Shown here: piece by piece, positions 1-12,379 of the stretch
Numbering within the stretch: the first letter of the stretch is position 1
Layout: the number at the start of each line of letters is the position of its first letter
Assembly (NCBI GenBank): GCA_035506195.1
Contig: DATJPV010000023.1
Location: forward strand, 1,050-65,049
DNA length: 64,000 bases
Source of the DNA: Patescibacteria group bacterium
Lineage (GTDB): Bacteria > Omnitrophota > Gorgyraeia > Gygaellales > Profunditerraquicolaceae
Direction of reading: 5' to 3'
The notes under the pieces: generated by a model
What the model was told of the DNA's origin: nothing
What the model saw: only the letters and a program-made list of their open reading frames with translations
The model's database searches: none
Position numbers and translations under genes: made by a program

Positions 1-511
1 TGTACGGCAACTGTACGGCCGCCGCGTGAGCCCCTAATTTAGTATGCATCTGGGACAGGGCCTCAAAGAAATTGCTGCCGATCCTGTCCAGCTTATTAAC
101 GAATGCGATCCGGGGGACGCCGTAGCGGTCAGCCTGCCGCCAGACGGTTTCGGATTGCGGCTCGACTCCCCCTACCCCGCAAAAAACGGCCACTGCGCCG
201 TCCAATACCTTAAGGGACCTTTCGACCTCTACGGTAAAATCCACGTGGCCGGGAGTATCGATAATGTTGATGCTGCAATCCCTCCAGCTGCAGGTAGTAC
301 AGGCGGCGGTGATCGTGATCCCCCGCTCCTGCTCCTGGACCATCCAGTCCATAGTTGCCGTTCCCTCGTCGACTTCGCCGATCTTGTATGTCCGTCCGGT
401 ATAATATAACATGCGTTCTGTAGTGGTAGTCTTACCCGCGTCAATGTGGGCAATTATACCTATGTTTCGTATTTTGTCCAGCGCAATTTTACGTTTCACG
501 CTTGCTGCCAT
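1..511 (-). CDS. fusA: Elongation factor G, N-terminal part (gene continues beyond window start)
   Basis: Minus-strand translation from ATG (complement of 509-511) reads [47 protein letters not shown], the EF-G G-domain P-loop. It lies downstream of rpsG in the canonical rpsL-rpsG-fusA order. It is missing from the ORF track because it is truncated by the window edge. Confidence 0.9.
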   Translation of the reverse strand, partial: MAASVKRKIALDKIRNIGIIAHIDAGKTTTTERMLYYTGRTYKIGEVDEGTATMDWMVQEQERGITITAACTTCSWRDCSINIIDTPGHVDFTVEVERSLKVLDGAVAVFCGVGGVEPQSETVWRQADRYGVPRIAFVNKLDRIGSNFFEALSQMHTKLGAHAAAVQLPY

Positions 512-525
512 CGGTTCACCCGTGA

Positions 526-996
526 TTACCATCTAAAGTGTGCGAACGCCTTATTAGCTTCGGCCATTTTATGCGTATCGTCACGTTTCTTTATGGCAGA
601 ACCTTCGCCCCTGTATGCCGCAGCGATCTCTTCCGCAAGCTTCTCTTCCATGGCCTTGCCTTTTTTGGTCCTGGCAAAATCCCTGATCCAGCGCAGGGCG
701 ATGGACGTACCGCGCTCCTGCCTTACTTCAACCGGGACCTGGTAGGTGGCGCCGCCTACGCGGCGAGGCTTGACCTCCAGGCGGGGCCGGGCATTGTCGA
801 TGGCCTTATAGAAGATCTTCAGGGGATCGGACTCATTAAGCTGCTTTTGCAATACTGCAAAAGCGCCATAGACGATCCTCTCGGCAATCGCCTTCTTGCC
901 CTGGTCCATGACCATGTTGATGAACTTTCCTACGACGGGGCTGTTGAATTTAGGGTCAGAGACAACTTTTCTTTCCTGTGCTTTTCTTCTTCTCAT
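526..996 (-). CDS. rpsG: 30S ribosomal protein S7
   Basis: 156-aa ORF. Sequence [17 protein letters not shown]...[11 protein letters not shown]...[14 protein letters not shown] matches the S7 family. Positioned between rpsL and fusA. Confidence 0.96.
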   Translation of the reverse strand: MRRRKAQERKVVSDPKFNSPVVGKFINMVMDQGKKAIAERIVYGAFAVLQKQLNESDPLKIFYKAIDNARPRLEVKPRRVGGATYQVPVEVRQERGTSIALRWIRDFARTKKGKAMEEKLAEEIAAAYRGEGSAIKKRDDTHKMAEANKAFAHFRW

Positions 997-1012
997 GAGT
1001 AGGTCCTACTCC

Positions 1013-1411
1013 TTATTTGGCTTTCGCAGGTGCCGCGCTTTCTTTGGGGCGCTTGGCGCCGTATTTTGAGCGCGATTTCTTCCTTTGGTTTACGCCTGCA
1101 GCATCGAGAGTGCCGCGCACAATATGATAACGCACGCCGGGCAGGTCCTTCACGCGGCCGCCTCTGACCAATACGATGGAATGCTCCTGCAGGTTATGGC
1201 CTTCGCCGGGAATATAAGCCGTGACTTCAATACCGGTAGTCAGGCGCACCCTGGCAATCTTTCTTAAGGCGGAGTTCGGTTTTTTGGGCGTCATGGTACG
1301 GACTTGCAAACACACCCCTCTTCTCTGGGGGCATGCCTTAAGGGCCGGTGCCTTCGTCTTTTTCTTCTTTGAGATCCTGCCGATCCTGATGAGTTGTGTG
1401 ATAGTTGGCAT
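1013..1411 (-). CDS. rpsL: 30S ribosomal protein S12
   Basis: 132-aa [12 protein letters not shown]...[10 protein letters not shown]...[19 protein letters not shown] are S12 hallmarks. Confidence 0.96.
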   Translation of the reverse strand: MPTITQLIRIGRISKKKKTKAPALKACPQRRGVCLQVRTMTPKKPNSALRKIARVRLTTGIEVTAYIPGEGHNLQEHSIVLVRGGRVKDLPGVRYHIVRGTLDAAGVNQRKKSRSKYGAKRPKESAAPAKAK

Positions 1412-1423
1412 AGGTAATAATCC

Positions 1424-4400
1424 TTAGGCTTTTTCCGCCGTCGTCAGCTCCTCTTCCTTGGGTTCATCTTTCTGCGCCTTTGCCTCCCTGACTAATTCGA
1501 TCTCGCGGTGCGTGCGAAAACCGGTCCCCGCCGGGATCAAGTGCCCGACGATAACGTTCTCTTTCAGGCCGAAAAGTTCGTCGCGCTTGCCTGAGGCAGC
1601 GGCATCGGTAAGTACGCGGGTAGTTTCCTGAAAGCTGGCCGCGGAAATGAAGCTTTCCGTGGTCAACGATGCTTTCGTAATACCCAATAACAGCGGCGTG
1701 GCCAACGCGGGTTTACCGCCTTTTTTAATAATCCGCAGGTTCTCCTTCTGAAATCTCCATTTATCTACCTGTTGGGTAGCCAGGAATTCCGTATCGCCCG
1801 CGTCTTCTATTTTTACTTTTTTAAGCATCTGCCTGATGATCAGCTCGATATGTTTGTCGTTGATGCGCACACCCTGCAGGCGGTATACTTCCTGCACCTC
1901 GTTGACCAGGTATTCCTGCAGGACCTTGTCGCCGCAGACCCTCAAGATATCCTGTAAAACTACCGGGCCGTCGGTGAGCTGCTGGCCGGCAACGACCTTA
2001 TCGCCTTTATAGACGTTGGGGTGCTTGCCGTGCGGAATCGCGTACTCTCTCTGCATGCCGGTGGGCGACTTGACGATAATAACGCGCTGCCCTTTCTTGG
2101 ACTCTCCGAATTCCACGAAACCATCGATTTCGCTGATGATCGCCGGGTCCTTGGGCCGACGCGCCTCGAACAACTCCGCCACGCGAGGAAGACCGCCGGT
2201 GATGTCCCTGGTCTTACCCACCAAGCGCGGAGTCTTGGCCAGAAGATCGCCGGCCTCAACCCGCTGCCCGTCCTTGACCAGGATGTGCGCGCCTATGGAA
2301 ATCGGATAAATACCCAGCACTTCTTCCTTATCATCCAGGATGAGTATCTGCGGATGGAATTCCTGTTTATGTTCGACCACTACGCGTTCGGTCAACTTGG
2401 TAACCGGGTTGAGCTCTTCGCGAATGGTTATCTCGTCTTTCAAATCTTCGTATTTCACCCGGCCGCCTACTTCGGTCAGAATGGGCGAGGTGTACGGATC
2501 CCAGCGGATGAACGCAATGCCCTTGGCCACCTCTTCCCCTTCGGGCAAGCTGATGAAGGAACCCTGCGGTACCGGATAACGCTCTAATTCCCTGCCTTGC
2601 TTATCATTGATACTGATGGACCCGTTCCTGTTCAGAACGACGAACTCTTTATTCTTGGCGGTAACGCGCAGGCCGTGGTACTTGATGACGCCTTTGTTCT
2701 TTGCCTTGATAAAGGATTGCGCAACGATTCTGGAAGCGGTACCGCCGATATGGAAGGTCCTCATGGTCAGCTGGGTCCCGGGTTCGCCGATGCTCTGTGC
2801 GGCGATGACACCGACCGATTCTCCTACCTCTACGATCCTTCCGGAACCTAAGTTCCTGCCGTAACATTTGCAACAGACGCCCCGGCCGGATTCACAGGTA
2901 AGGACGCTGCGGATACGTATCTTTTCTATGCCCAGCCTTTCGATCATCTCGGCTTTTTCTTCCGTAATCTCCGACCCCTGCTCGACAATGACGGTATCGG
3001 TAATAATGTCTACGATGTTATCCAGCGCGACCCTTCCGACGATGCGGTCCTTGAGACTGACCACCACTTCGTCGCCTTCGATGATCGCGGCTACGGTGAT
3101 GCCGTTAAGCGTGCCGCAGTCGTCTTCGACCACAATGACTTCCTGAGCTACGTCTACGAGCCTGCGGGTCAGGTAACCCGCATCTGCCGTCTTAAGCGCG
3201 GTATCAGCCAGACCTTTGCGTGCGCCGTGGGTAGAAATAAAATACTCCAACACCGTCAGCCCTTCGCGGAAATTTGCAGTAATGGGGTTTTCGATGATCT
3301 CGCCCGAAGGCTTGGCCATCAGACCGCGCATCCCTGCCAGCTGTCTTACCTGCAGGCGGGAACCTCGCGCGCCGGAGTCAGCCATCAAAAAGATCGGATT
3401 AAAAGGCTCCATCTCCTTGAAGAGAAGATCCGCAACGCGGTCGGTGGTATGCGTCCAGACGTCGATAACTTTATTATATCTTTCCCTGTCGGTAATGATG
3501 CCCCGGCGGTATTGTTCTTCGACCTTGGAGACCTCGGCCTTGGCTTCCTTTAAAACGTCGGCTTTGGCTGCGGGGATCTTCATATCGTCGATAGCAATGG
3601 ACATGCCGCCGTAGGTGGCAAACTGAAAACCTAATTTCTTGATATCATCTAAGAGCTCAATGGTACGGGTGTGGCCGAAGCGCTTATAACAATCCGCGAC
3701 AACCTCCCCGACCGTCTTTTTGTTCATTTCTTTGTTCACGAAACCGAATTCTTCCGGCAAGACCTGATTGAAGATCACCCGGCCGACAGTCGTCGTCACC
3801 ATCTGGCGTTCGTTACTGAGGTTTTTTTCCTCCAGGTCATATACCTTATACAACCGCAGGTTGATCTTTGCGTGCAGCTCGACTTCTTTATCTTCGTAGG
3901 CGATCAAAACCTCATCGGCGCCGCTGAAGGTCTTATTCTCCCCTTTGACGCCTGGTTTGATCTTGGTCAGATAGGAAACTCCGAGGATGATATCCTGCGT
4001 AGGGCTGACGATGGGGCGGCCATCGGCAGGAGAAAAAACGTTATTGCTGGCAAGCATCAGGATTTTTGCCTCCAGCTGAGACTCCAGCGAAAGCGGCACG
4101 TGTACGGCCATCTGATCGCCGTCGAAATCCGCGTTGAAGGCGGTACACACCAACGGATGGATCTTAATAGACTTTCCTTCGATCAGGACCGGCTGGAACG
4201 CCTGGATACCCAAACGGTGCAGGGTCGGAGCGCGGTTAAGCAGGACAGGATGGTCTTTAATGACTTCGTCCAGTATGTCCCAGACCTCGATCTTGCCGCG
4301 TTCCACCATGCGGCGCGCGCCCTTGATCGTATGCACGAAACCTTTTTCCCTTAACTTCTTGATGATGAACGGCTCGAACAGTTCCAGGGCCATCTGCTTA

Positions 4401-5491
4401 GGAAGGCCGCACTCATGCAACTTCAGATCCGGGCCGACCACAATAACGGAGCGCCCGGAATAATCCACGCGCTTACCCAGAAGATTCTGTCTGAAACGGC
4501 CCTGTTTGCCCTTAAGCATATCCGAAAGCGATTTTAGCGGCCGGTTATTCGCGCCCATGACCGCCCTGCCGTGCCTGCCGTTATCAAGCAGCGCATCCAC
4601 CGCTTCCTGGAGCATACGTTTTTCATTGCGGATAATGATCTCGGGGGCATTCAACTCCATCAGTTTCTTAAGGCGGTTATTACGGTTAATGACGCGGCGA
4701 TAGAGGTCATTGAGGTCGGAAGTGGCGAAGCGGCCTCCGTCCAGGGGGACCAGGGGCCTTAAATCCGGAGGTATCACCGGCAGGATCTCCAATACCATCC
4801 ATTCGGGCTTGTTGCCGGAAGCCTTGAAGTCTTCGATGATCTTCAAGGTCTTAAGGGCCTTGCGGTTGCCTAAGGCATCCTTGGATTTCTCCAGGTCGCG
4901 GCGCAATTTACGGCAGACGCTGTCAAACTCCAGCTCCTTGAGCATCTCCTGAACCGCTTCTGCTCCGATCTTTGCCTTGAAGTTTGCCCCGTATTTATTC
5001 AATGCCTCCTGGTATTTCTCTTCGTTTAAGAGCTCTCTCTTCTTGAGCGGCGTGTTGCCGGGGTCAACGACGACATACTCCTCGTAGTAAATCACTTTTT
5101 CCAGGTCCCGCAAGGTCATATCAAGCATCGCCGACAGGCGCGAAGGAACTGCCTTAAAAAACCAGATATGCGTAACCGGCGTTGCCAACTCGATATGGCC
5201 CATACGCTCGCGCCTGACCGAAGAGCGGTCCACGATCACCCCGCAGCGGTCGCAGGTGATGCCTTTGAACTTTATACCTTTATATTTACCGCAATTGCAT
5301 TCCCAGTCGCGCACCGGGCCGAAAATCTTTTCGCAGAACAATCCGTCCTTTTCGGGCTTGAGGGTACGGTAATTGATCGTCTCGGCCTTCTTGACTTCCC
5401 CCTTAGACCAGGATTTAATGATCTGGGAGGAGGCAATCTTGATCGCGATACTATCAAACAGGATTATTTCTTTAATCTCTTTTTCTTCCAT
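1424..5491 (-). CDS. rpoC: DNA-directed RNA polymerase subunit beta'
   Basis: 1355 aa. Zn-binding CNCGKY...CDRCGV near the N-terminus, catalytic [14 protein letters not shown] motif, and G/trigger-loop regions. Immediately downstream of rpoB. Confidence 0.98.
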   Translation of the reverse strand: MEEKEIKEIILFDSIAIKIASSQIIKSWSKGEVKKAETINYRTLKPEKDGLFCEKIFGPVRDWECNCGKYKGIKFKGITCDRCGVIVDRSSVRRERMGHIELATPVTHIWFFKAVPSRLSAMLDMTLRDLEKVIYYEEYVVVDPGNTPLKKRELLNEEKYQEALNKYGANFKAKIGAEAVQEMLKELEFDSVCRKLRRDLEKSKDALGNRKALKTLKIIEDFKASGNKPEWMVLEILPVIPPDLRPLVPLDGGRFATSDLNDLYRRVINRNNRLKKLMELNAPEIIIRNEKRMLQEAVDALLDNGRHGRAVMGANNRPLKSLSDMLKGKQGRFRQNLLGKRVDYSGRSVIVVGPDLKLHECGLPKQMALELFEPFIIKKLREKGFVHTIKGARRMVERGKIEVWDILDEVIKDHPVLLNRAPTLHRLGIQAFQPVLIEGKSIKIHPLVCTAFNADFDGDQMAVHVPLSLESQLEAKILMLASNNVFSPADGRPIVSPTQDIILGVSYLTKIKPGVKGENKTFSGADEVLIAYEDKEVELHAKINLRLYKVYDLEEKNLSNERQMVTTTVGRVIFNQVLPEEFGFVNKEMNKKTVGEVVADCYKRFGHTRTIELLDDIKKLGFQFATYGGMSIAIDDMKIPAAKADVLKEAKAEVSKVEEQYRRGIITDRERYNKVIDVWTHTTDRVADLLFKEMEPFNPIFLMADSGARGSRLQVRQLAGMRGLMAKPSGEIIENPITANFREGLTVLEYFISTHGARKGLADTALKTADAGYLTRRLVDVAQEVIVVEDDCGTLNGITVAAIIEGDEVVVSLKDRIVGRVALDNIVDIITDTVIVEQGSEITEEKAEMIERLGIEKIRIRSVLTCESGRGVCCKCYGRNLGSGRIVEVGESVGVIAAQSIGEPGTQLTMRTFHIGGTASRIVAQSFIKAKNKGVIKYHGLRVTAKNKEFVVLNRNGSISINDKQGRELERYPVPQGSFISLPEGEEVAKGIAFIRWDPYTSPILTEVGGRVKYEDLKDEITIREELNPVTKLTERVVVEHKQEFHPQILILDDKEEVLGIYPISIGAHILVKDGQRVEAGDLLAKTPRLVGKTRDITGGLPRVAELFEARRPKDPAIISEIDGFVEFGESKKGQRVIIVKSPTGMQREYAIPHGKHPNVYKGDKVVAGQQLTDGPVVLQDILRVCGDKVLQEYLVNEVQEVYRLQGVRINDKHIELIIRQMLKKVKIEDAGDTEFLATQQVDKWRFQKENLRIIKKGGKPALATPLLLGITKASLTTESFISAASFQETTRVLTDAAASGKRDELFGLKENVIVGHLIPAGTGFRTHREIELVREAKAQKDEPKEEELTTAEKA

Positions 5492-5492
5492 A

Positions 5493-8400
5493 TTATTTAG
5501 TCTTCTCCGTCCGGATATCCAGACCCAAACCCTGCAATTCTTTCACCAGAACGTTGAACGATTCGGGTGTACCGTGAGTGAGCCGCTGTTCGCCTTTCAC
5601 AATCGCTTCATAGATGCGGGTTCTTCCAGAGACATCATCGCTTTTGACGGTAAGCATTTCCTGCAGCGTAAACGCAGCGCCATAAGCCTCCAACGCCCAA
5701 ACTTCCATTTCCCCCAGCCTCTGGCCGCCGAATTGGGCCTTGCCGCCGAGGGGCTGCTGGGTAACCAGGGAATAGGGGCCGATAGAACGGGCGTGGATCT
5801 TCTCGTCGACCAAATGCACCAGTTTCATGATATAAATATAGCCGACGGTAATCTGCTGGTCGAACTGTTCGCCGTTATAGCCGTCGTGCAGCGTCACTTT
5901 TCCGTTTTCCGGCAGGCCTGCCTTCTTGAGCATTTCCTTGATCTCTTCTTCGGTGGCGCCGTCAAATACGGGGGTGTCCACTGCAAGGTTAAGCATTTTA
6001 GCCGCCCAGCCAAGATGGGTCTCCAGGATCTGGCCGACATTCATACGCGAAGGAACGCCCAGGGGGTTCAAGACGACATCGATAGGAGTGCCGTCTGCCA
6101 GGTACGGCATATCTTCTTCGGGCAGGATCCTGGCCACCACGCCCTTGTTCCCGTGCCTTCCGGCCAATTTGTCGCCTTCGGCAAGCTTGCGCTTGGTGGC
6201 GATATACACTACCACTCTCTTGAGAACACCGGGAGGCAGCTCATCGCCGCGCCTGACCTTTTCGATCTCCTGCTGCTGTTCTGCCAACAACTCCTGGACC
6301 TGCTCGTCAAAAGAAGAGGCCAACATCTTTGCCTCTTCGTTATCGCTGAAATCTATCTTTTCCACCTTGCCCTTATCCACGCCCAGAAGCTGGCTTAAGC
6401 GGGTGATCTTTTCCGTCTGCACGAACTCTATTTCCTGTTTATAGTAGGCCTTAAGCTCACGGATCTTGGCCAATTCCTTGGTCTTTTCTTCCTTGGTCTT
6501 TCTGCCGCGGTCCTTGCGGGCGAATACGTGCACATCGACGACAAAGCCTTCCACGCCCGGCGGAACGGTCAAGGAAGTATCCCGCACATCGGAAGCCTTT
6601 TCGCCGAATATTGCCCTCAGGAGCCTCTCCTCCGGGGAAAGTTCGGATTCAGTCTTCGGGGTTACTTTGCCGACCAGGATATCGCCCGGCCCGACCTCTG
6701 CGCCGATACGGATAATGCCTGTCTCATCGAGGTTGCGCAGGGCATCTTCGCTTACGTTGGGGATATCGCGGGTCACTTCTTCGTTGCCCAGGCGCGTTTC
6801 GGTCGCCTCGATCTCGAATTCCTCTACGTGGATCGAAGTGAGCATATCTTCCCTGACGACCCGCTCGCTTACCAGGATGGCGTCTTCAAAGTTGCATCCG
6901 CGCCACGGCATGAATGCGCACAACAAGTTCCTTCCCAGGGCGAGTTCCCCGCCCCTGGTACATACGCCGTCAGCGATCACCTCGCCCTTGTCCACGTGGT
7001 CGCCCACCTTGACCAGCGGTTTCTGGTTCAGGCAGGTATCGGCGTTGGTGCGCAAAAATTTCTTGAGATGGTAGATCGACTTACCGATCACGATCGAAGA
7101 GGCATCTACGCTGGTCACCTTTCCGGAGTCCGTGGCTACGACAACGGTGCCGGAATCACGGGCGACCTTGGCTTCCATGGCGGTGCCTACCAAGGGGGAT
7201 TCACACACCATCAAAGGAACTGCCTGCCGTTGCATGTTTGAACCCATGAGCGCGCGGTTGGCATCGTCATGCTCTAAGAAGGGGATCAGCGAGGCAGCCA
7301 CTGAAACCAGCTGTTTAGGAGAAACGTCCATGTATTCGACCTGTTTGGCGGAAACCTTGACGTAATCGCTCTTGTGACGGCAGGCCACTTCCTTCTCGAC
7401 AAAATAGCCCTCGCTATCCAGAGGGACATTTGCCTGCGCGATCACTTTGTCTTCTTCGATGTCGGCGGTCAAATATTCGATCTTACGGGTCACGCGGCCT
7501 TCCTCGACTTTTCTGTAGGGGGTCTCGAGCAGCCCCAGGGAATTAACCTGGGCATAGGTGCTCAAAGACGCGATCAAGCCGATGTTCGGGCCTTCGGGCG
7601 TTTCTATGGGGCATATCCTGCCGTAATGGGACGTATGGATGTCCCTGACCTCAAAGCCGGCACGCTCGCGCGAAAGGCCTCCGGGACCCAGGGCGCTGAG
7701 CCTGCGCTTGTGGGTCATCTCGGCCAAGGGATTAACCTGGTCCATGAACTGCGAAAGCTGGCTGCGGGAGAAGAAATCCCTGATCTGGTTGGAAAGCAGT
7801 TTTGAATTGATCAAATAATGCACGCTTAAGTTGCTGAAGTCCCCCAGTATGCTTAAACGCTCCCGTATGGAGCGCTCCACCCTGGACAGGCCGATGCGGA
7901 TCTGGTTCTGTACCAATTCTCCGACGGTCTTGACGCGGCGGTTACCCAGGTGGTCGATATCGTCGATCTTGCCGACGCCTTCGTGCAGCTTGATCAAATA
8001 TTCCATGACCTTAATGACGGTGGATGAATCCAGGATCCTTTTTTCAACCGACACATCCATGTCTAATTTTCTGTTCAGGATAAAGCGCCCCACCCTTTCC
8101 AGGTCATAACGGGCGGGGTCAAAAAATAATCTATAGAATAAAGCCTCGGCTGCCTCTTTGGTAACCGGCTCTGTCGGCCGCATCTTGCGGTAAAAATCAA
8201 GATAGGCCTCTTCCTTGTTCTTGGTATAGTCTTTTTTAAGGGTATTGTGGATTTCTTTGTATTCCGAACTAAAGGCGGAAAGGATCTCCTGGTCGGTTGA
8301 GAAACCCAGGATCCTCAAGAGCTGGGTGGCGGGAAAGTTCCGGCGCCTGTCCACATAGGCGATGATGGTCTCGGACAAGTCGTATTTGAATTCAAGCCAG

Positions 8401-8897
8401 GCGCCCCGGTACGGGATGATGCGGCCGTGGAAAATCTTTTTGCCTGTGGGGTGGCTCTCCTCTTCGAAGGAAACGCCCGGAGAACGCTGCAGCTGGCACA
8501 CGACCACGCGTTCATCGCCGTTGATAATGAATGTGCCGGTATCGGTCATCAGCGGGATCTCGCCGAAATAGGCGTCCTGCTCTCTGGTCTCGTGGGGCGT
8601 GGTAAGCCTGAATTTTACTTTAAGGGCGGAGGCATAGGTAAGCGCGCGGCGTTTGCACTCCGCAAGGTCATATTTTGATTTACCGAGCGTATAGCTGATG
8701 AACTCCAACTTTACCGAACGGTTGGAGTCTTCGATCGGGAAGACCTCTTCAAAGACCTCCTGCAAACCGATAGACTTACGCTCCTGGGACGGGACGTCTA
8801 CCTGCAAGAACTCACGGTAAGACTCAAGTTGCAGATCCAGGAGATTCGGCAAATCGTAGATTTCTTTTAGCTTGGCAAAATTTTTACGCTTATTCAT
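5493..8897 (-). CDS. rpoB: DNA-directed RNA polymerase subunit beta
   Basis: 1134 aa. Conserved beta-subunit blocks, for example GPNIGLI...[11 protein letters not shown] and the C-terminal [20 protein letters not shown] 2-nt gap separates it from rpoC. Confidence 0.98.
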   Translation of the reverse strand: MNKRKNFAKLKEIYDLPNLLDLQLESYREFLQVDVPSQERKSIGLQEVFEEVFPIEDSNRSVKLEFISYTLGKSKYDLAECKRRALTYASALKVKFRLTTPHETREQDAYFGEIPLMTDTGTFIINGDERVVVCQLQRSPGVSFEEESHPTGKKIFHGRIIPYRGAWLEFKYDLSETIIAYVDRRRNFPATQLLRILGFSTDQEILSAFSSEYKEIHNTLKKDYTKNKEEAYLDFYRKMRPTEPVTKEAAEALFYRLFFDPARYDLERVGRFILNRKLDMDVSVEKRILDSSTVIKVMEYLIKLHEGVGKIDDIDHLGNRRVKTVGELVQNQIRIGLSRVERSIRERLSILGDFSNLSVHYLINSKLLSNQIRDFFSRSQLSQFMDQVNPLAEMTHKRRLSALGPGGLSRERAGFEVRDIHTSHYGRICPIETPEGPNIGLIASLSTYAQVNSLGLLETPYRKVEEGRVTRKIEYLTADIEEDKVIAQANVPLDSEGYFVEKEVACRHKSDYVKVSAKQVEYMDVSPKQLVSVAASLIPFLEHDDANRALMGSNMQRQAVPLMVCESPLVGTAMEAKVARDSGTVVVATDSGKVTSVDASSIVIGKSIYHLKKFLRTNADTCLNQKPLVKVGDHVDKGEVIADGVCTRGGELALGRNLLCAFMPWRGCNFEDAILVSERVVREDMLTSIHVEEFEIEATETRLGNEEVTRDIPNVSEDALRNLDETGIIRIGAEVGPGDILVGKVTPKTESELSPEERLLRAIFGEKASDVRDTSLTVPPGVEGFVVDVHVFARKDRGRKTKEEKTKELAKIRELKAYYKQEIEFVQTEKITRLSQLLGVDKGKVEKIDFSDNEEAKMLASSFDEQVQELLAEQQQEIEKVRRGDELPPGVLKRVVVYIATKRKLAEGDKLAGRHGNKGVVARILPEEDMPYLADGTPIDVVLNPLGVPSRMNVGQILETHLGWAAKMLNLAVDTPVFDGATEEEIKEMLKKAGLPENGKVTLHDGYNGEQFDQQITVGYIYIMKLVHLVDEKIHARSIGPYSLVTQQPLGGKAQFGGQRLGEMEVWALEAYGAAFTLQEMLTVKSDDVSGRTRIYEAIVKGEQRLTHGTPESFNVLVKELQGLGLDIRTEKTK

Positions 8898-8942
8898 GTA
8901 AGGTCGACCTTTTGTAGAACCCGCAAGGTTTTTTCGATACGC

Positions 8943-9338
8943 TTACTTTAACTCAACGGTGGCCCCGGCAGCTTCGAGCTTCTTCTTCATGTCTTCGGCT
9001 TCCTCTTTCGGAACGCCGTCTTTAATCGGTTTGGGGGCACCATCTACCAGGTCTTTGGCTTCCTTCAAGCCGAGGCTGGTCATCGTGCGGACTTCCTTGA
9101 TGACGGCGATCTTGTTGGCGCCGGCGCTCGTCAGGACCACGGTAAAAGCGGTCTTCTCTTCCGCGGCCGGTGCGGCGGCTCCTGCGGCGGCTCCTGCGGT
9201 CGCAGGCCCGGCAGCCATCATCGCAACGCTTGCCTTCACGTCGAATTTCTCCTCCAGGGCCTTAACCAAATCCGAAAGCTCAAGGACGGTCATGCCCTCG
9301 ATCGACTTGATTAATTCTTCTAATTTTTCACTTGCCAT
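8943..9338 (-). CDS. rplL: 50S ribosomal protein L7/L12
   Basis: 131 aa. Ala-rich hinge ([21 protein letters not shown]) and a C-terminal domain ending [40 protein letters not shown]. Confidence 0.96.
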   Translation of the reverse strand: MASEKLEELIKSIEGMTVLELSDLVKALEEKFDVKASVAMMAAGPATAGAAAGAAAPAAEEKTAFTVVLTSAGANKIAVIKEVRTMTSLGLKEAKDLVDGAPKPIKDGVPKEEAEDMKKKLEAAGATVELK

Positions 9339-9349
9339 AGCTCCTCCTT

Positions 9350-9877
9350 TTAACTACCTTTTTTTTGTTTGATTTGGTCAAGACAGATAACCAGTTTTTG
9401 CAATGTATTATGCAACACCATCACGAAGCCGGTGATCGGTGATTTTATCGCAATGACCGCCCGCGTCCTGAGCGTTTCTTTTGACGGCAGCTTTGAAATC
9501 GCCTCGATATCCTTGGTTTCCAGGAATTTATCCTGAAGCAGGCCGCCGGCCAGTTTAAGCTTATCGTGGTCTTTGGAAAAATTGAATAGCACACGCGAGG
9601 CCTCTACCGGCTCTTCCGGGATAAACACCAGGCCGCAGGGGCCTTCGATCGCCTTTACTATCGCCTCCACGCCGGTATCCTTCAGGGCGCGCCTGGCAAC
9701 GGAATTTTTGACCACAAAGACGTCGGCATGCGAGGCCTTCAACGACTGACGCAGGGCCGTGATATCGGGACTGGAAAGACCGGAATACTTAAGAATGAAA
9801 ACGGTGCCTGATTTCTTCAGGTACGCCTTAATGCGGTTTTCGGATATTTCTTTCACTAACAAACCGATCTTTTTCAT
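9350..9877 (-). CDS. rplJ: 50S ribosomal protein L10
   Basis: 175 aa. Its position between rplA and rplL and L10-like sequence. It overlaps rplA by 4 nt (ATGA). Confidence 0.9.
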   Translation of the reverse strand: MKKIGLLVKEISENRIKAYLKKSGTVFILKYSGLSSPDITALRQSLKASHADVFVVKNSVARRALKDTGVEAIVKAIEGPCGLVFIPEEPVEASRVLFNFSKDHDKLKLAGGLLQDKFLETKDIEAISKLPSKETLRTRAVIAIKSPITGFVMVLHNTLQKLVICLDQIKQKKGS

Positions 9878-10554
9878 ATCACAAGCCTCAAGCCGGGATT
9901 CATAGTAGCCGAAATGAACATGCTCTTTACAAACTTGCCCTTGACGGAGGACGGTTTTGCTTCGGTCAGTGCCTCGATGACGCGGGAGGCGTTATCGTAC
10001 AGTTTGTCATCGTCAAAGGAGACCTTTCCCACCGACAGATGCACTCCGCCTTGTTTATCTACGCGGAACTCAACCTTTCCCTTCTTTACGTCTTGGATAG
10101 CCTTGGCGATATCATTGGTGACGGTGCCTGTTTTCGGGCTGGGCATCAACCCCCGGGGCCCCAGGACCTTGCCCAGGCGGCTTAGGTCTTTCATCATGTC
10201 GGGAGTGGCGATCGCACAATCAAAATCAAGGAACCCGCCGGCTACTTTCTCGATCAATTCGGTGCCGCCGACGTAATCCGCCTGCGCTTCCTGTGCGGCC
10301 CGTTCGTGCTCGCCTTTGCAGAACACCGCAACCCTGATCTTCTTGCCGGTACCGTGGGGAAGGACAACCGTGCCGCGGACCATCTGATCCGACTTCTTGG
10401 GGTCCACGTTAAGATTGAAATGGAGGTCTACCGCGCTGTCAAATTTGACGACGGGGATTTTTTTGAGCGCAGCGATCGCCTCCTTCAGTTCGTAGGTCTT
10501 ATCCCTGTCTACCTGTTTTTCGGCTTCTTTATACCGCTTGCTGCGCTGTCTCAT
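9874..10554 (-). CDS. rplA: 50S ribosomal protein L1
   Basis: 226 aa. L1-family sequence (…[16 protein letters not shown]…GGTELIEKV…). Lies downstream of rplK. Confidence 0.95.
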   Translation of the reverse strand: MRQRSKRYKEAEKQVDRDKTYELKEAIAALKKIPVVKFDSAVDLHFNLNVDPKKSDQMVRGTVVLPHGTGKKIRVAVFCKGEHERAAQEAQADYVGGTELIEKVAGGFLDFDCAIATPDMMKDLSRLGKVLGPRGLMPSPKTGTVTNDIAKAIQDVKKGKVEFRVDKQGGVHLSVGKVSFDDDKLYDNASRVIEALTEAKPSSVKGKFVKSMFISATMNPGLRLVI

Positions 10555-10558
10555 CGCA

Positions 10559-10984
10559 TTAACCCTCTACGGAAATGCCCATGCTGCGGGCGGTACCGGT
10601 AATAATCTTTAACGCCTGCTCCATATCGGAGGTATTCAAGTCTTTCATCTTCAGCTTGGCGATCTCTTCTGCTTGCTGGCGGGTTACCGTACCGATCTTC
10701 TCTTTGCCGGCAATACCGGAAGCCTTCGCCAGATTAGCCGCCCTCTTCAGGAGCACCGATGAAGGAGGGCTCTTGATGATGAACGTAAAAGTCCGGTCCT
10801 CAAAAACGCTGATGACTACCGGCAGGATGAGGCCATCCCTGCCCTTGGTTTGGTCGTTGAACTGTTTGCAGAACTGCATGATATTTACGCCGTGCTGGCC
10901 GAGGGCCGGGCCTACGGGAGGAGCGGGGTTTGCCTGTCCGGCGGGCACGTGTAATCTGATTTGCGCGGTTACTTTCTTAGCCAT
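10559..10984 (-). CDS. rplK: 50S ribosomal protein L11
   Basis: 141 aa. [43 protein letters not shown] is the canonical L11 N-terminus. Confidence 0.97.
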   Translation of the reverse strand: MAKKVTAQIRLHVPAGQANPAPPVGPALGQHGVNIMQFCKQFNDQTKGRDGLILPVVISVFEDRTFTFIIKSPPSSVLLKRAANLAKASGIAGKEKIGTVTRQQAEEIAKLKMKDLNTSDMEQALKIITGTARSMGISVEG

Positions 10985-10986
10985 CG

Positions 10987-11514
10987 TTATACCTTCTCTA
11001 CCTGCCAGTATTCCAGCTCTACGGGCGTAGACCTGCCGAAGATGGAAACACTGACCTTTATTTTTCCTTTTTCCGGGTGCACCTCATCGATAGTCCCGTT
11101 AAAGTTCACGAACGGGCCGTCGATCACCCTTACCTGCTCGCCCTTATCGAAGATGATCTTCGGGCTGGGCTTGACGTTGGTCTCCTGGGATTTCTTGAGG
11201 ATACTGTCGATCTCGGTTTGCGGCAGCGGCATGGGCTTCTTTCCCAAGCCGATAAAGCCGGTCACCCCGGGCGTGGTCTTTACTAAAAGGTAGCTTTGTT
11301 CATTAAGTTCCATCTCCACCAGCAGATACCCGGGGAAAAATTTTCTTTCCGATATGCGCTTTTTGCCGGAACGAATCTCTGAGATTTGTTCGGTGGGGAT
11401 CACTACCTTATTGACAAATTCCTGGGCACTTTGTGCGGCAATCCTGTTTTCCAGCAATGCCTTTACTTTATCCTCTGCGCCAGTCTGTGTATGAACGACG
11501 TACCAGCTTTTCAT
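10987..11514 (-). CDS. nusG: Transcription termination/antitermination factor NusG
   Basis: 175 aa. An NGN domain and a C-terminal KOW motif ([21 protein letters not shown]). Positioned between secE and rplK. Confidence 0.95.
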   Translation of the reverse strand: MKSWYVVHTQTGAEDKVKALLENRIAAQSAQEFVNKVVIPTEQISEIRSGKKRISERKFFPGYLLVEMELNEQSYLLVKTTPGVTGFIGLGKKPMPLPQTEIDSILKKSQETNVKPSPKIIFDKGEQVRVIDGPFVNFNGTIDEVHPEKGKIKVSVSIFGRSTPVELEYWQVEKV

Positions 11515-11702
11515 CTAAACAAGACACTCAATCCTTTGGAGAGCACAAGGTCGATAACGCCAATGAAGATCGCCATAATAAAGGTAAACGCGATGACGAC
11601 GCCCGTAGAGCCAACCAACTCCTCCCTGGTCGACCAGGCTACCTTCCCCAGCTCTTGCTTGACTTCTTTTATGAACGTGATCGGCTTTTGCAGCATGCTC
11701 AT
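11511..11702 (-). CDS. secE: Protein translocase subunit SecE
   Basis: 63 aa with a single C-terminal TM helix (VVIAFTFIMAIFIGVIDLVL). Overlaps nusG by 4 nt. Follows tRNA-Trp as in many bacteria. Confidence 0.9.
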   Translation of the reverse strand: MSMLQKPITFIKEVKQELGKVAWSTREELVGSTGVVIAFTFIMAIFIGVIDLVLSKGLSVLFR

Positions 11703-11735
11703 TTCTATACGATGATTCCTTCTGCTTTCGTTACT

Positions 11736-11807
11736 ACAGGAGCGGCAGGAGTCGAACCTGCAGTAACGGTTTTGGAGACCGTTGGTTTGCCATTAACCGA
11801 CGCTCCT
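11736..11807 (-). tRNA. tRNA-Trp (anticodon CCA)
   Basis: Minus-strand sequence AGGAGCGTCGGTTAATGGCAAACCAACGGTCTCCAAAACCGTTACTGCAGGTTCGACTCCTGCCGCTCCTG folds as a cloverleaf. It has a 7-bp acceptor stem, a GGTTCGA T-loop, and a CUCCAAA anticodon loop. No encoded CCA. Confidence 0.9.
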
Positions 11808-11855
11808 ATGAACTATGTATCCGAACCACTGCAATCAAACAGCACAAAGGAAAAA

Positions 11856-12005
11856 CTACTTTATTTCTTTGTGGGGCGTGTGTTTCCGGTCAAACCTGCA
11901 AAACTTGCTGATTTCAAATTTATCCTGATGTTTCTTTTTATTCTTGGTTGTCGTATAATTCCGGTTCTTACAGGTCGTGCATTCTAAGGTGATGATTTCG
12001 CGCAT
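11856..12005 (-). CDS. rpmG: 50S ribosomal protein L33
   Basis: 49-aa minus-strand [52 protein letters not shown] with the L33 CxxC...C pattern. It is below the 60-aa cutoff of the ORF track. Lies between tRNA-Thr and tRNA-Trp. Confidence 0.9.
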   Translation of the reverse strand: MREIITLECTTCKNRNYTTTKNKKKHQDKFEISKFCRFDRKHTPHKEIK

Positions 12006-12114
12006 GTTTTTATCCTAGTTATCCCTGCGCTTAATCGCTTGAAGATTGCTACGCAATCTTCTGCACAAGCGCGTTATGAATTCTCATCTACTTAAGAACT
12101 ATAAGAGAATTCTA

Positions 12115-12187
12115 AGCTGGAGACGGGAATTGAACCCGTGACCCCGTCCTTACCAAGGACGTGCTCTACCAACTGAGCTACTCCAGC
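12115..12187 (-). tRNA. tRNA-Thr (anticodon GGT)
   Basis: Minus-strand GCTGGAGTAGCTCAGTTGGTAGAGCACGTCCTTGGTAAGGACGGGGTCACGGGTTCAATTCCCGTCTCCAGC. It has D- and T-loops and a CUUGGUAAG anticodon loop. Confidence 0.9.
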
Positions 12188-12331
12188 ATGCTGTCACAGG
12201 TTCGTTCTTCATCCTTAGTTTCTTGAGCGAACAAAAGTACTCCTGATGAAGAATTTAGGTAAAATTCTCTTTTTGTCTTCTACCTAGTTAAATAGGGAGA
12301 AATCTGAATTTGGGGATTATGTAAAAAGGTA

Positions 12332-12360
12332 AGTATATACGAAGAAGAAGAAATTGTCAA
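12332..12360 (-). promoter_or_regulatory. Near-consensus sigma70 promoter driving the tRNA-Thr/rpmG/tRNA-Trp/secE-nusG-rpl-rpo gene string
   Basis: Minus strand reads TTGACA (complement of 12355-12360), a 17-nt spacer atttcttcttcttcgta, then TATACT (complement of 12332-12337). It sits in the AT-rich intergenic region about 140 nt upstream of tRNA-Thr. Confidence 0.6.
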
Positions 12361-12379
12361 CCTTTTTTTTAAATATTTT

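Noticed and set aside
44-409. 121-aa plus-strand ORF at the window start
   Set aside because: It lies antisense to the EF-G (fusA) N-terminal coding region, whose G-domain P-loop [10 protein letters not shown] is unambiguous on the minus strand. No similarity to anything. A typical GC-rich antisense shadow ORF.
5373-7241. Several long plus-strand ORFs (341 aa, 237 aa, 202 aa) inside rpoB
   Set aside because: They lie entirely within and antisense to the highly conserved rpoB frame. Low-complexity, Ala/Arg/Gly-rich translations. Rejected as non-coding.
8898-8942. Possible attenuator hairpin in the rplL-rpoB spacer (aacccgcaaggtt)
   Set aside because: Only a 4-bp stem on the coding (minus) strand. 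The nicer stem plus T-tract is on the non-transcribed plus strand. Not enough to call a terminator or attenuator.
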